Positions 1-13,100 of a stretch of DNA of 55,336 bases are shown here, piece by piece. Made by a program: the position numbers and the translations under genes. Source of the DNA: Elusimicrobiota bacterium (lineage in GTDB: Bacteria; Elusimicrobiota; Elusimicrobia; UBA1565); the NCBI GenBank assembly GCA_043819795.1, contig JBDREN010000230.1, forward strand, positions 1 to 55,336, given 5' to 3'. The stretch's first letter is position 1; the number at the start of each line of letters is the position of its first letter. The notes under the pieces were generated by a model. That model did no database searches and had not been told where the DNA came from. It worked only from the letters and a program-made list of their open reading frames with translations.

Positions 1-1100
1 CGCGGGCGTCCAGAAGAACATGCCGCTCGCGGGATCGAAGGCGTCCGCCGCGCCGGCCGGCAGGCCGCTGAGGTCCGCGGACAAGGTCAGCCGGTTCTCC
101 GGCAGGTCCGCGTCCGCGGCCGCGACCGCGAAGCCGAGGGGCGTCTGCTCGTCGAGCGTCTTGTCCCCGATTTCGGCCAGGACCGGCGCCTTGTTCACGT
201 CGCGCACCGCGATCGCGATGGTCTCCGATACGGTCTCCAGGCCGTCGCTGAGGAAGAAGGTGGCGCTGTAGGGCGCGGCCCGGCCGTCCGCCTCGACGGG
301 CGTCCAGTCGAAGGTCCCGGCGGCCGGGTCGTAGGCCTGCGCCGCGCTGGCCGGCAGGCCGGAGAGGTCCGCGGAGAAGACGAGCGTGTTGGCCGGAAGG
401 TCGGGGTCGGCGGCCGAGAGCGTGAACGTGACCTGGGTCTCTTCGTCCACCGACTTGTCCCCGATCGAGGCCAGGGTCGGCGCGATGTTGGCCTCGTTGA
501 CCGTGATCGTGACGGTCTCCGTGTCGGAGAGGCTCGGGTCGGCGTCGTCGGTCACGGTGAAGATCGCCGTATACTCGCCCTGCCCGTCCGCCTCCGTGGG
601 CGTCCAATCGAACGTCCCGGCGGCGGGATCGAAGGCCTGCGCCGCGCCGGCCGGCAGCCCGGAGAGGTCCGCGGAGAGCGTGAGCGTGTTGGCCGGGAGG
701 TCGGGATCCGCGGCCGACAACGTGAAGGCGAGCCGTGTCTGCTCGTTCAGCGCCTTGTCCCCGATCTCGGCCAGAGTCGGCGCGATGTTGGCCTCATTGA
801 CCGTGATCGTGATGGTCTTCGAGGCGCTCAGGTTGTTCGGGTGGCCGTCCGTCTCGGTCGCGGTGAACGTGGCCGAGTACTCGCCCGGCCCGTCCCCTTC
901 GGCCGGCGTCCAACTGAACGCGCCGGTCCCCGCGTCGAAGGCGTTCGCCGCGCTGTCCGGCAGGTCGGAGAGGTCCGCGCTCAGGACCAGGACGTTGGGC
1001 GGATCGTCATCGGGGTCGGAAGCCTCGACCACGAAGCCCAAAAGGACCTGCTCGTCGGTCGTCTGGTCCGCGACCGCGATGGAGGGAGGGTCGCTCACCG
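1..1100 (-). repeat. Four ~100-aa putative Ig (He_PIG/cadherin-like) repeats inside the giant CDS, last one truncated by the window edge
   Basis: Units such as NIAPTLAEIGDK...LSAADPDLPANTL.LSADLSGLPAGAA.AFDPAAGTFDWTP. Near-identical DNA at ~470-513 and ~770-813 (300-bp period). Confidence 0.85.
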
Positions 1101-4100
1101 GCAGCACGGTCACCCGCAGCGTATCCGACGCGGAGTGCTCCGCCTTGTCCGAGGCGCTCAAGGTGACGATATAGGCGCCGTTCTTCGTATAGCCGTGGCT
1201 CGGGGTCAGGTCCGCGCCCGCCGTGGCGTCGTCGCCGAAGTCCCAGCCGAAGACCGGCGCCGGGTCCACGGTGTCCGTCACCGAGCCGGCGAAGTCCACC
1301 GGCACGTCCTCATCGACGGTGACGTCCGCTCCCGCGTCCACGCTCGGCGCCTGGAGGTCGATGTTCAGAGTCAGGCTCGACTCCGCGCTGTTGCCCAGCA
1401 GGTCCGACGCGGCGGCCTCCGCCGTCTGGCCGGCCCCTTCGGTGTCGAAGGTCTCCGAGGGCGGGCAGCTCTGCATGCCGACGGAGCCCGAGGCCGGCGC
1501 GTCGACGCATTCGTAGGAGACCGTGACCGCAGTGCCGTGCCAGCCCGCCTCGTTGGGCTCGGGCGTGAGCGTCGCGGTCACCGTGGGCTCGCTATCGTCG
1601 AGCGCGACCGCCAGGTTCTGAGCGGCCTCCTCCCTGCCGAAGGCGTCGACGGCGCGGAAGCTGATCGTATGGCTGCTCTCCCCGCTGAGGGTGAACGGCG
1701 CGGCGTAGGTCTGCTCGGGCGCCCCGTCGATGGAGTACAGGATCCGGTCGACGCCCTCTCCGATCCCGTCTTCGGCCGCCAGGAGGTCGTCCACGGCGGA
1801 GAGCGTGAAGGGCGTGGCCGAGGTCACGAAGCCGTCCGTGTTGGGGTCGCCGACGGCGATCGCGGTCCTCGGGGGCTGAATGTCGTGGACCACTTCGAAC
1901 GTCTCTCCCGTGCTCGAGGTCGTGTTCCCCACATGGTCTTCCGCCTCGATCTCCAGGCGCCACTGCCCCGCGGCCAGTTCCAGGGCCGGGAAGGTCTGGC
2001 CGGGCTGGACCGCGATCGGTCCCGCGTCGGCGTCCGGATGGCTCGCCGCGGCCTGGGTCCTGACCAGGGACGCGGAGACCGTCACGTCCGGATCCACGTC
2101 CTCCACCGAGAAGTCCACCTCGACCGTGTCTTGGTCGGCCACGAACCGGCCGCCCGATGGGGAGCTCAGCGTGATCACGGGCGCGCCGCGGTCGATCTTG
2201 ATGGCGTCGAGCGTCGTGGAGGCCGAGTTGCCGGCCTGGTCGAAGGCTTCGCCCGAGGCGCTCAGGGCCGGGCCCTCGCCGGTGACCGTCACGGGAGCGG
2301 GGCAGCCGTCGGGCGCGATGCCCGAGAGCGGGTCCGAGCACTCGAAGGTCACCGTCACGTCTTCCGAATTCCAGCCGGCGCCCGTGCCAGGGGAGCTAGA
2401 GGCGGAGATGGTCGGCGGGGTCCGGTCGATCCGGATCGGGGTGAGCTCAATCGAGGACGTGTTGCCCGCGATGTCGGTGACGCTTCCGGAGCCCGAAAGG
2501 GCGGCTCCCTCGCCGGTCACGGTCAGGGCCCCGGGGCACGCGTTCTCGGGCAAGCCGGCCCCGTCGTCGGAGCAGGCGAAGACCACCGTCACGTCCTCCC
2601 GGCTCCAGCCGTCGTAGCCCGTGGCGGGCGAACTGGAGGCCACGATCGTGGGGGCCCTGGTGTCCACGGTGAAGTCCAGGGAGGCCGATCCGGCGTTGCC
2701 CGCCCGGTCCTGGACGTCCCCCGCGGTGACCGTGGCCCCTTCGGCCATCTTGAAGACCAGGGCCCCGTCCGGCTCGGGGTTCACGTCGCCGATCCGCGAG
2801 CCCGTGTCGCCGAGCCCGAAGACGATGGTCAGGCTCCCGTCGCTCTCGGCCAGGACGTGGTAGTCGCGCGGCTGGCCGCCCAGGGACATGACGAGGCTCG
2901 CCGGGTCCGGGCCGGAGCCCGTGTCGGCGAGCGTGATCGTGAACTGAGGGCTCGAGCTGAGAGCCAGCGTGCCTCCCGCGATGTCGATCGTCACCGTCGG
3001 CGAGCTATGGTCCACGGCGAATACGCCGTAGGCGGCGTCGACGCCCGGGGTCTCCGCCGTGATGCAGCCGGAGGCTTCGTCCAGGGCTCCGACCAGCGGG
3101 TTCCATATGTACTGGCTCTCCAGGTCCGTCACGTCGCCGGTCAAGGTCCCCTCGTTGAACAGCGTTTCCGCGTCGTAGAGGCCATAGATGCTCAGGTCGG
3201 CCGGGGTCACCCCGTTGTCGGCGAGCGCCTGCGGCTCGTAGCAGAAGGTCAGGACCGATCCCGGCGGCAGCACGTCGTAGATCTGCCCCACCGGGAACAA
3301 GTCTTGGGCGTAGACGGGCGGGTACACGAGCTGTCCCAGCTCCGAGGAGGCCGAGATGGTGGAAAGGACGACCTCCCGGTCCACGATGGCGCTCACCTCC
3401 GGGTTGCCGTTGACGATGAAGGGGCTCTCCACGGTCATCCTCGCCCGGATGCTGGCCGACTGTCCGCCGCGGTCTTCCCCGTCCCAAACCGTCAGCTCCG
3501 CCAAGTACATGTCGGCCGCGGGAGGAGTGAAGCTCGCGTTGAGCGTGGTGGAGTCGTTGACGGTCATGAACTCGCCCAACGAGTTCGTCACCGACCAGCT
3601 GAAGGTCAGGGAGTCGCCGTCCGGGTCGCTGGCCGTGCCGTTCAACGCGACCAGGTCCCCGGCGAGGACGTCCTGGTCGGGGCCCGCGTACGCGACGGGC
3701 AGGGAGTTGGGGGGATCGGTGATCGTGCTCCCCAGGACCCGGTAGGGAGTCTCCGTGTGGTTGATGTTCCTGGCCTTGGCCCGGGCGTAGTACTGCGAGA
3801 GGGGCTCCAGGTCCTCGAAGATGTGCGTGATGGCCACCTCCCATTCGCTGTCCAGCACGGCCTCCGCGAAAGCCGGGTCCGTGGAGAGCTGGACGCGGTA
3901 CTCGGTCACATCGGGGTTGCCGCCGGTCGCCCACAGGACCTTGAGCTCCTGGGACAGGACGTTCTCGAAGCTGCCGGGCTTCCCTTCGAAGGCGAGCAGC
4001 CGGTGGTTTTGGTAGTCCGCGACCCACACCTGGCCCAGGTCGCTGAAGGCGATCCCCAGCGGCATATAGAGACGGTCGCCGGAGGTGACGTTCGAGGTGC

Positions 4101-7100
4101 TCGAGAAGTCCGCCTGGCCGAGCACCGAGGCGGCCGGCATGCCGTTGTAGAACGGCGGGTCGTAGACCATGACGCGATGGGCCCCGCTGTCGGAGACATA
4201 GAGCTTGCCGGAGGGGTCCAGGACGATGCCGTTCGGGCTGATGATCCCGTACTGGCCGCCCACGCCCTGATTGATATCGAAGTCCGGGCTCCCGATCACG
4301 AGGTCGGCGTTCATGCCGGTGGTGTACGGTGGGCTGAAGCGCAGCACCCTGTTGCCGTCGGCGACCCACAGCCTGTCCGAGCGGTCCACCGCGACGTAGG
4401 GCGGTCCGGACAGCCTGTCCTGGCCCAACGCGGAAGTGCCGGAGGTGAAGTCTTCCTGGCCCAGGACCACGGCCGCGTCCATCCCGGTCTGGAACGGGGG
4501 CTTGAACAGGAGCACCCGGTGGTTATGCGTGTCGGCCACCCAAAGGTTGCCCGCGCTGTCCACGGCCACGCTCTGCGGATTATCCATCCTGTCGCGCGCC
4601 ACGGCGGAGTCGGAGGCGCCGAAACCCGACTGGCCCAGGACCAGAGCGGCGTCCATGCCGTTGGTGAAGGGCGGGTCGAAGCGGACGACGCGGTTGTTGG
4701 CGGAGTCCGCGACCCATACGCTGCCGGAGGGGTCGGTGGCCACGCCGAACGGCAGGCTCAGCTTCCCGGCGGTGTTCCCGCCCGAGTTGCCGGTGAAGCC
4801 GGTCTGCCCCAGGACCACGGCCGCGAGAGGCCTGAACTCATGAGGCGGCGCGAACATGAGGATCCGGTCCGCCGAGGTGTCCGCGACCCACATGTTGCCG
4901 GAAGCGTCGAAGGCCACGTCCCGGGGCGTGGAGACCGTCGCCTGCCCCGTCCCGAAGTCGTACCGGGCGTTGAACTCGGACTGCCCCAGGACGGCGACGG
5001 CGAACTGGCCGTTCTCGAACCGGACGAGGGCCTCGGGCGTATGCACCAACGTGAAGTCCATCGCGAGCCCCGAGTAGTCGCTGGCCCCGAACGCGTTCAA
5101 GGACCTCACCCGGACGTAGTAGAACGAGTTGGGCGTGAGCCCGGCGGCGCGGACGCTGTTCCGGTCGGCCGCGTAGGTGAACACCGCCGTCGCGAAGTAG
5201 GGATTGGTCGACGCGTCCAGCTCGTAGGACTCCGCCCCGAGCACGGAGTTCCACCGGACGTCCAGCGAGGTGGGCGCGGCGCCCACGATCTCGAGCCCGT
5301 CGGGCAGGCCCGGAGCCGCGTCGTACACGTTGATCGGGAACTCGCGGGAGAGAATGTTGTTCTCCGCCTCCCCGTCGTCCGCGGTGACCGTGATCGTCAC
5401 CTGCCCCAGGCCGCCGGCCGCCGGCTCGTAGGTCAGCTCGCGCAGCTCGCCCGAGCCCGAGATCACCGGGTCGGGGACTATCCCCGGGTCGCTGGAGGCG
5501 GCGCTCAGGCTGACCGAGCCGGTCTCGAACGACCCCGGGCCCACGCCCGTGATGGTGATGGTCTTGGCCGCGCCGCCCTGCGCCACCGCCTGATCGGGGA
5601 TCTCGTCGAAGGTGGGGGGATCGTTGACCGGGTCGATGGTGATCGACACCTTGCCCGGGAAGGATTCAAGCTCCCCGTTCGACACCCGGAAGCGGAAGCT
5701 GTCCGTCCCGAAGTAGTCCGCGAGGGGCTCGTAGGTCAGCTCCGGCGCGGTCCCGCTCAGCGTCCCGCTGGAGGGCGGGTCCATGACGCTGAAGCTCGGC
5801 GCTCCCTCGGGCACGGTCCCGGTCAGTTGGACCTCGGCGGAGCCGTCCTCGGCCAAAGTCACGGACTGGGCCGAGGCGATCGGGAACTTGTCCGCGTAGC
5901 CGTAGATCTCCAGCTGGCAGTCCTGGGTGCCGGAGCCCGCCGAGAAGATCACGAAGTGCTCGTTGACCGAAACGTCCGTGGGAGACGAGTCCGGCGTCCA
6001 CTGGGCGAGGTAGGTCCCGTCCGCGTCGAACTTCTGGATGTCGTGGCGGTTGACGTCGACCACGTAGACGCTCCCGTCCGGATCCGCGGAGATGCCCGCG
6101 GTCAGGCTGAACTTGCCCGGGCCCGTGCCCGAGCCGCCCCACTTGTGGAGGAACTCGCCGGCCGGGCTGAATTTCTGGACGTCCTTCCGGCCGGAGTCGG
6201 TGGTGTAGATGAAGCCGGACGCGGAAACGGCCACCTTGTCCAGGTAGATGAACTTGCCGTTGGCCAGCTCCGAGTAGCTGGTCGCGCCCCCGAAGCTCAG
6301 CAGGTGATTGCCGTCCGCGTCGAACTTCTGCACGCGGAAGTTCCCTTGGTCCGCAACGTAGACGTTGCCGTCGGGGTCCGTTGCGATGCCCCAAGCGGAC
6401 GCGAACTGGCCGTCGGCCGAGCCCTGCGTCCCCCAGGTCGTCACGAACTCCCCGTCGCACGTATATTTCAGCACCCGCCTCACCGCCCCCCAGTTCTCCG
6501 CAGCGTACACGAAGCAGCCCGCGGCCGACTCGTGGACGGCCAGGTCCGTCACGCCCCTCATGCGGTCGCCGACCGTTCCCGTGTAGGTCCACGCCATCAG
6601 CAGGTTGCCGTCCCGGTCCACCTTGCGGATCCCGTCGTAGTTCGTCACGAACGCCGTGTTGTCCGAGGTGGCGGCCACGGCGTGCACGCCGCAGACCGCA
6701 TCCCCCTCGTGTTCCGCGAGGAAGACCGGCGGGGGGTCGGACTCCCGGATGTCCAGGTTGATGGCGGCCTCATCCGAGTCGGCCGCCCCGTCGTTGGTCA
6801 CGTAGGCGAAGCTGTCGAGCCCCACGTAGTCCGTATGGGGCGTGTAGATCAGGTCGGGAGCCGTTCCGGTGAGGATCCCGTGCTCGGGGACGGCGGTCAG
6901 GTTGAAGGTGACCGGGGCCCCGTCCGGATCGGAGCCCGTCAGCGTGATCGGCCTGGGCACGTTCATCGCCACCCGCAGGTCCTGGGACCCGGCCGTGGGG
7001 CGCTGGTTCGGGCTCACGGTGACCTGGGCCGTGTCCGGCGCGCTCTCCAGGTCCCCGTCGCTGACCACGAGCTGCACGGTGTACTCGCCCGGCTGGTCGG

Positions 7101-10100
7101 GCCGGAACTGCCCGCGGCTCAAGGCCGGCTTGAGCGTGATGTCCAGGACCGGGCGCGCTTCCGCGTCGGCGATGAGCACCCTGCCCTCCACGGAGAGGAA
7201 GGCGGCGCTGCCGGCTCCCGTCTCGTTGGCCGTCCTCAGGCGGAACTGCGGCGTCATCCCCCGGGCGATGGCGTAGCGCGCGGCCTCGGTCACGTCCACG
7301 AACCGGTAGCCGCGGTCGTCCCAGCTCGGCAAGGTGGGCGATATGGTCCCGATGTTCTCCATGATCGGAGGGTTCGCGGTGTCCGGGGTGTACAATGTCG
7401 CCCCGAAGTTGACCAGATCCACAACGACCGGCCCCGTGAGGCTCTCGTTCGTCCCGTTCTGCAGGAACACCTTCAGGATGGCCCGTTCCACGTTGGCTCC
7501 AGCGGGGATGTCCGACGTGTCGAAGCCGATATACGCGTGATAGTACCTGGAGCCGCTGCTCCCGACCAGCATCCCCTGGCTGTATCCGTCGATGGAGTCC
7601 GCCGTGGCCTGCCCGATGGTGCCTGAAACGTAGGCGTCCACAAAGCGACCGGCGGTGTAGCCCGAGCCGTCGGCGGAAGGAGAGGACAAGGCCAGCTCGG
7701 TCTGGATGAACTCCGAGACCGTGCTGCCCGCGGGCCTTGCCGCGATGGTCCACTGGTAGCTGAGGCGCTGGCCGTTAGGGTCCGAGCTGCCGCTGCCGTC
7801 GAGCGTGGCCAAAGCGAACTGCGCGGCCGTGGTGTCCGGCCCGGCGTCGGCCGCCGGGGCCTGGTTGGGCGGGCGCACGAAGTACATCACGCGCTTGTTG
7901 CCCGCATCGGCCACGGCGATGTTCCCAAGGCGATCGACGGCCACGCCGTGCGGACTGCTGAGCCCGCTCTGCGTCAGATGGCCCATGATCTGGCCGAAAT
8001 CGGCCTGGCCCAGCACGACCGAGGCGTCCATGAAGTCCCTGAACGGCGGCCGGAACTCCAGCAGACGGGAGTTGCTGCCGTCGTCGAGCACCCATAGGCT
8101 GCCCTGCGCGTCGAACTCCAAGGCCTGAGGGTTCAGCATCCTATTCGCCTGGGCGCCGTAATCGAGCGCGGAGAGATCCTCCTGCCCGAGGACCAGATCC
8201 GCGCTCATGCCCGTGGTGAAGCCCTCCGTGGGGCTGGGCGTGAAGCGGACGACCCGCGCGTTGTTGTTGTCCCCCACCCACAACGACCCGTCAGCGTCGA
8301 AGGTGAGCCCATGGGGAAGCCTCAGCCTGTTGGCGTCTGTGGCCTGGGAGTTCAGTCCGAAGTCGGTCTGGCCGAGGACTAGGTCCGCGCTCTGGCCCGA
8401 GGCGAGCTCGCCCGTCTCAGTATCCGGGGTGAACCGGACCACCCTGTTGTTGCTCCTATCCGCCACCCAGAGGTTCCCGGCCTCGTCGAAAACCAGGTCC
8501 GTAGGATAGCTCAGTTGGCTGGCGCCCGCGCCCGCGCCGTCGGTATCGAAGGACGCTTGGCCCAGCACCAGGTCCGGAAGCAGGCCGTTGCGGAAAGGCG
8601 GGGTGTAGCGGATGACCCGGTTGTGGCCGGAGTCGGCGAGCCACAGCCTGCCCGTCTGGTCGAGCGTCATGTCGTGGGGCCAGAAAATGCCGGCTTGGTC
8701 GACGTTGCGCCGCGTGTAGCTGTCGAAGTCGGGCTGGCCCAAGACAAGAGTGGGCTCGTCCCCGATCTCCAGAGGGGCGTCGTAGCGCACGATGCGCGAC
8801 GCTCCCCAATCGGTGACCCAGAGGTCGCCGGAGCCGTCGAACAGGACTCGCGTCGGCGCGAAGTGGATGTCCGCGCCGCCGATGACCCACGGATCAGAGC
8901 TCGTAAAGTCGTCCTGGCCCAGCACGACGGCGGCCTGCTGGCCCTTGTGGAAAACGCCCGCACCCGGGATCGGCGGAGGCCCGACCGTGATCTGTACGGT
9001 GTCCGCCACGCTGCCGTTTAAGCGGCCGTCGTCGGCGGTCAGCCGGACCTCGTAGACGCCCCGCTTGTCCGCCAGGAAGGCGGCCTGGGTCTCTCCCGCC
9101 CGATGGTGGAGGATCGCCCGGGTCCCGGCCGGCTTGGATACGAACTCCCACGTGAGGGCCAGCGCGTCCCCGTCCGCGTCGCTGCTGCCGCTGGAGTCCA
9201 AGACGACCAGCTCGTGCTGGACCACGTTCTGGTCGGCTCCGGCGTCCGCGACGGGAGGCGTGCTCTCGTTCCTGGTCCGGGTGCTTCCCAGGATCGCGTA
9301 CGCCGACTCCACCAGGTCCTGGTTGCGCGCCTTGGCCCGGGCGTAATACTGCGTTTCCCTGGCGAGTCCCGGGAACGTATGGCTCGTCGAGGTGGTCCAG
9401 CCGCTCGTCAGCGGCGTGCCCGCTAAGCCGGGGTCCGCGGAAAGCTCGACCAGGTATTCGGTGCCCGGATGGTTGTCCCCGGCGCCCCAGTTCGCCGTGA
9501 GCTTCCGGGTATCCACGCCGCTGAACCCTGCCCACGTGCCGGCGAAAGCGACCACCCGCCTGTCGGACAGCGCCCCGACCAGGATCTTCTGGCCGTAGGA
9601 CAGCACGTCGGCCGGGCGACCGGTCGATTCCTGCGTGGGCGGGCTCGCCTCGGCGATGGATTCGAAGTCCGGTTGGCCCAGTACCGAGGTGGCCGGCATC
9701 CCGTTGGAGAACGGCGGGTCGTAAATGAGGATCCGGTTGCCGCCGCTGTCCGCGACGATGACCTGACCCGTGTCCGGGTCTTCGTCGACCCCCCAAGGGC
9801 CGTAGAGCCGGATGCTTGGGGGAGGGGTCGAAGTGTCGGTGAAGTCGGGCCGACCGAGGACCAGATCGGCGCTCATGCCGTTCGCGAACGGCCCGGTGAA
9901 GCGGAGCATGCGGTTGTTGCCGGCGTCGGCCACCCACAGCCGGCCCTTCTCGAACGCGATCTGGGCCGGATAATAGAGCCTGTCGGCCCCCCTGTATCCG
10001 CTGGTCGCGTAGAAGTCCTTTTGCCCCAGGACCATCGAAGCCTCCATCCCGGTCTCGAACGGGGGCCGGAACATCAGGACGCGGTTGTTGTAGTAGTCGG

Positions 10101-13100
10101 CGACCCAGAGGTTGCCCGCATCGTCCACGGCCAGGCCCCGGGCTCCGTTGAGCTTGCTCGGCCCGGACCCGCTGCTGGTGCCGCTGAAGCTGGTCTGGCC
10201 GAGCAGAAGGTCGGCCGCCATGCCGGTGCTGAATGGCGGGCGGAACCGGACGACCCGGTGCCGGGTGGGATCGGCGACCCAGACCGCGCCGTCCGTCCCC
10301 ACGGCCACGTCCTGGGCGCTGAGCAGGCACGTCGGGAGGTCCCTTTGGCTCGTGGCGCACGAGCTGTCGTTTACGTAAGCCTTGCCGAGGACCGCGGAAG
10401 CGGGCTTCAGGCCGCCCGACAACGGAGGCTGGAAGAGCATGGCCCTGCTGTTGCTGGCTTCCGCGACCCAGAGGTTGCCGTCCCGATCGAAGGTCAGGCC
10501 GTAGGGGCTGGTCATGTGGGTCGCGTCTGTCATGAACTGGAGCGAAGAGAAGTCCGGCTGTCCGAGCAGGTCTGCGGCGCTCTGGCCGTTGGCGAAGCCC
10601 CTGATGATCAGCGGCACGTCGGCCAGCGTCCTGGCGTGGACCGCCGAGGTGAAGGCGCTCTGGCCGAAGGAGTTCACCGCCCGGACCCGGACGTAATGGA
10701 TCGTGTTCGGGGTCAGGCCCACCGTCTTCGCGCTGTTGTCGCCGCTGGTATAGGAGATGGTCTGGCCCGCCGGGAAGCCCGCGTCCGCGGAGGCCTCGAT
10801 GTCGTAGGATTGCGCCCCGGGAGAGGTGTTCCACTCGACGTCGAAGAAGCGCGCCCCGATGCCCGCGATCGTGAGTCCGGTCGGGACGTCCGGGGGCCCG
10901 TTGAAGATCGTGATGTCGAAGGTCCGCGAGAAGGTGTTGTTCTCGGCCTGCCCGTCGTCCGCGCTGACCGTGACGGTGACCGTCCCGATCGCCCCGGGGG
11001 CCGGCAGATAGCGCAACGTGCGCGTCTCCCCCGAGCCCGTGAAGGTCGGGTGCGGGATGATGCCCGGGTCGCTCGACTCCGCGCTCAAGCCGACCGATTC
11101 CGTCTCGTTCTCCGGTCCGGCCGCGATCCCGGTGACCAGGACCTCCTGCGTGGTCGTCTCGTTCTGCGCCACGCCCTGGTCGGAGATCTTGTCGAAGAGC
11201 GGCGGATCGTTGACCGGGGCGACCGTGATCGAGACCCGGGCCGGGACGGACTCGAGGATGCCGTTGGTGACCCTGAAGCCGAAGCTATCCGGACCGGCGT
11301 AGTCCTGCTCCGGGGTATAGGTGAGCTCGGGAGCGTCCCCGCTCAGGGTCCCGTGCGCGGGCTCGATGGCAGTGGCGAAGAAGATGGGGCCGGAGGGCAC
11401 GCTGCCCGTCAGCGTGATGGCGGCGGGGTTATCCTCCGTCACGTCGGCCGATTGGGCGTCGGCGATCGGGCTCTTTTCGGGATACCCGAAGACCTGGATG
11501 CGGTGCGACGCGGTATACCCATCCAGAGTGTAGATGTGGAAATTCGCGTCGATGCACAGGTCATCCACGTAACCGAACGTCCCGGGCGCGGACGTCCCCC
11601 AGCCTCCGAACGCCGTCAGGAACTCCCCGTCCGCATCGAAGACTTGGACGTTCTTCCTATTGGTGTCGCCCACGTAGACGTTCCCGTCGGGATCGACGGC
11701 GACCGTGGACGGGTAGGTGAATTGGCCGTGGCCCGAGCCGTAGCCGCCCCACCTCGTGACCAAGGCGCCGTCCGGGTCGTATTTCGCGACGCCGTAGTAC
11801 GGGCTGTTGCTCTCGCTGATGTAGATGGCTCCGGACGGTCCGACCGCTATGTCGGTGCCCGCCGCGCCGAAGCTCAGGAGATGGGTCCCATCGGGGGCGA
11901 ACTTCTGCACGCGGGAGTTGCCCGAGTCGAGCACGTAGAGGTTCCCGTCCCCATCGACCGCGATGTCCGAAGGATTGTTGAACTGGCCGTCCGCCGAACC
12001 CGGACCTCCCCACAAGGTCAGGAACTCCCCGTCGCAGGTGAGCTTCTGCACCCGGTCGTTGCCCAGGTCCGCCGTATAGAGGACGCAGGAGTCGCCGGAC
12101 TCGTAGACCGCGATACCGCGAGCGGCCGAGAGCTGGCCAGGGCCGGACCCGGAGCCCCCGATGATTTGGACCACGTTACCCAATGCGTCAACCTTGCGGA
12201 TATCGTAGTCGCTCAGGACATAGACGTTGCCGTCCGAGTCCCCGGCGATGGCGCGCCTGTTGCCCAAGTAGGTCTCGTTGATGTCCGTCAGGAACACCGG
12301 CGCCGGCGCCAGGTCCCGGACGTTGATGGACACCGTGCCCGGGGGTGAGTCCACCGCTCCGTCGTTCGCCGTGAAGGTGAAACTATCGTCGCCCACGTAC
12401 TCCGCGGCCGGGGTATAGGTCATGGCGGGAGGCGTTCCCGATAGGGTCCCGTTGGACGGCTGCGAAGCGACGGCGAAGGACAGTGGGTCGTCGTCCGGGT
12501 CGGTGCCCGTCAGGGTGATGGCCTTCGCCGTGCCGATGATCGCCCGAGCCGTCTGAGCATCGGCCGTGGGGATCCCGTTGGGAGTGGCGGTCACGACCGC
12601 CGTATCGGGAGCGCTGTCGTCGAGACCATCGTTGACGACCAGCTGGAACGTGTACAGCCCGGGCACGTCCGGAGCGAACTGCAGCCGGCTGGTCGGCGGC
12701 ACCAGGGTCAGTTCCAGGAGCGGCCGCAGTTCGACGGGAGCGGGACTGTACCCCGTCGGCTGGAAAGGCACGAGGTCCACATAGGTCGAAGGCATGTTCG
12801 CCACCTCGTTGGTGGCCCGCAGGCGGAACTGAGGGACCTTGCCCAGGCTCAAGGCGTAGCGCACGGCCTCGGTGACGTCAAGCGACCGGTAGCCCGGGCC
12901 CGATCCGATCTCCGGCGAGATGGTGCCGATATTCTCTTGGAGCGGCGGCAAAGCGTCGTCCCCGGAGCCCAAGGCGACGCCGAAATCCACCAGGTCCACG
13001 ATGATCGGGCCCATGACGGACTCGTCGCCGCCCACGCTCAAAGCTATCTTCAGCACGGCGCTCTGCAGGTTCGCGTCGGCGCCCGCGGGCAGGACGCCGG

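Noticed and set aside
841..7626. 2261-aa plus-strand ORF, and similar ones at 9469-12348, 15535-20367 and 22840-24642
   Set aside because: Antisense shadows of the giant minus-strand gene in GC-rich DNA. They are Arg/Gly/Val-rich with no recognisable domains.
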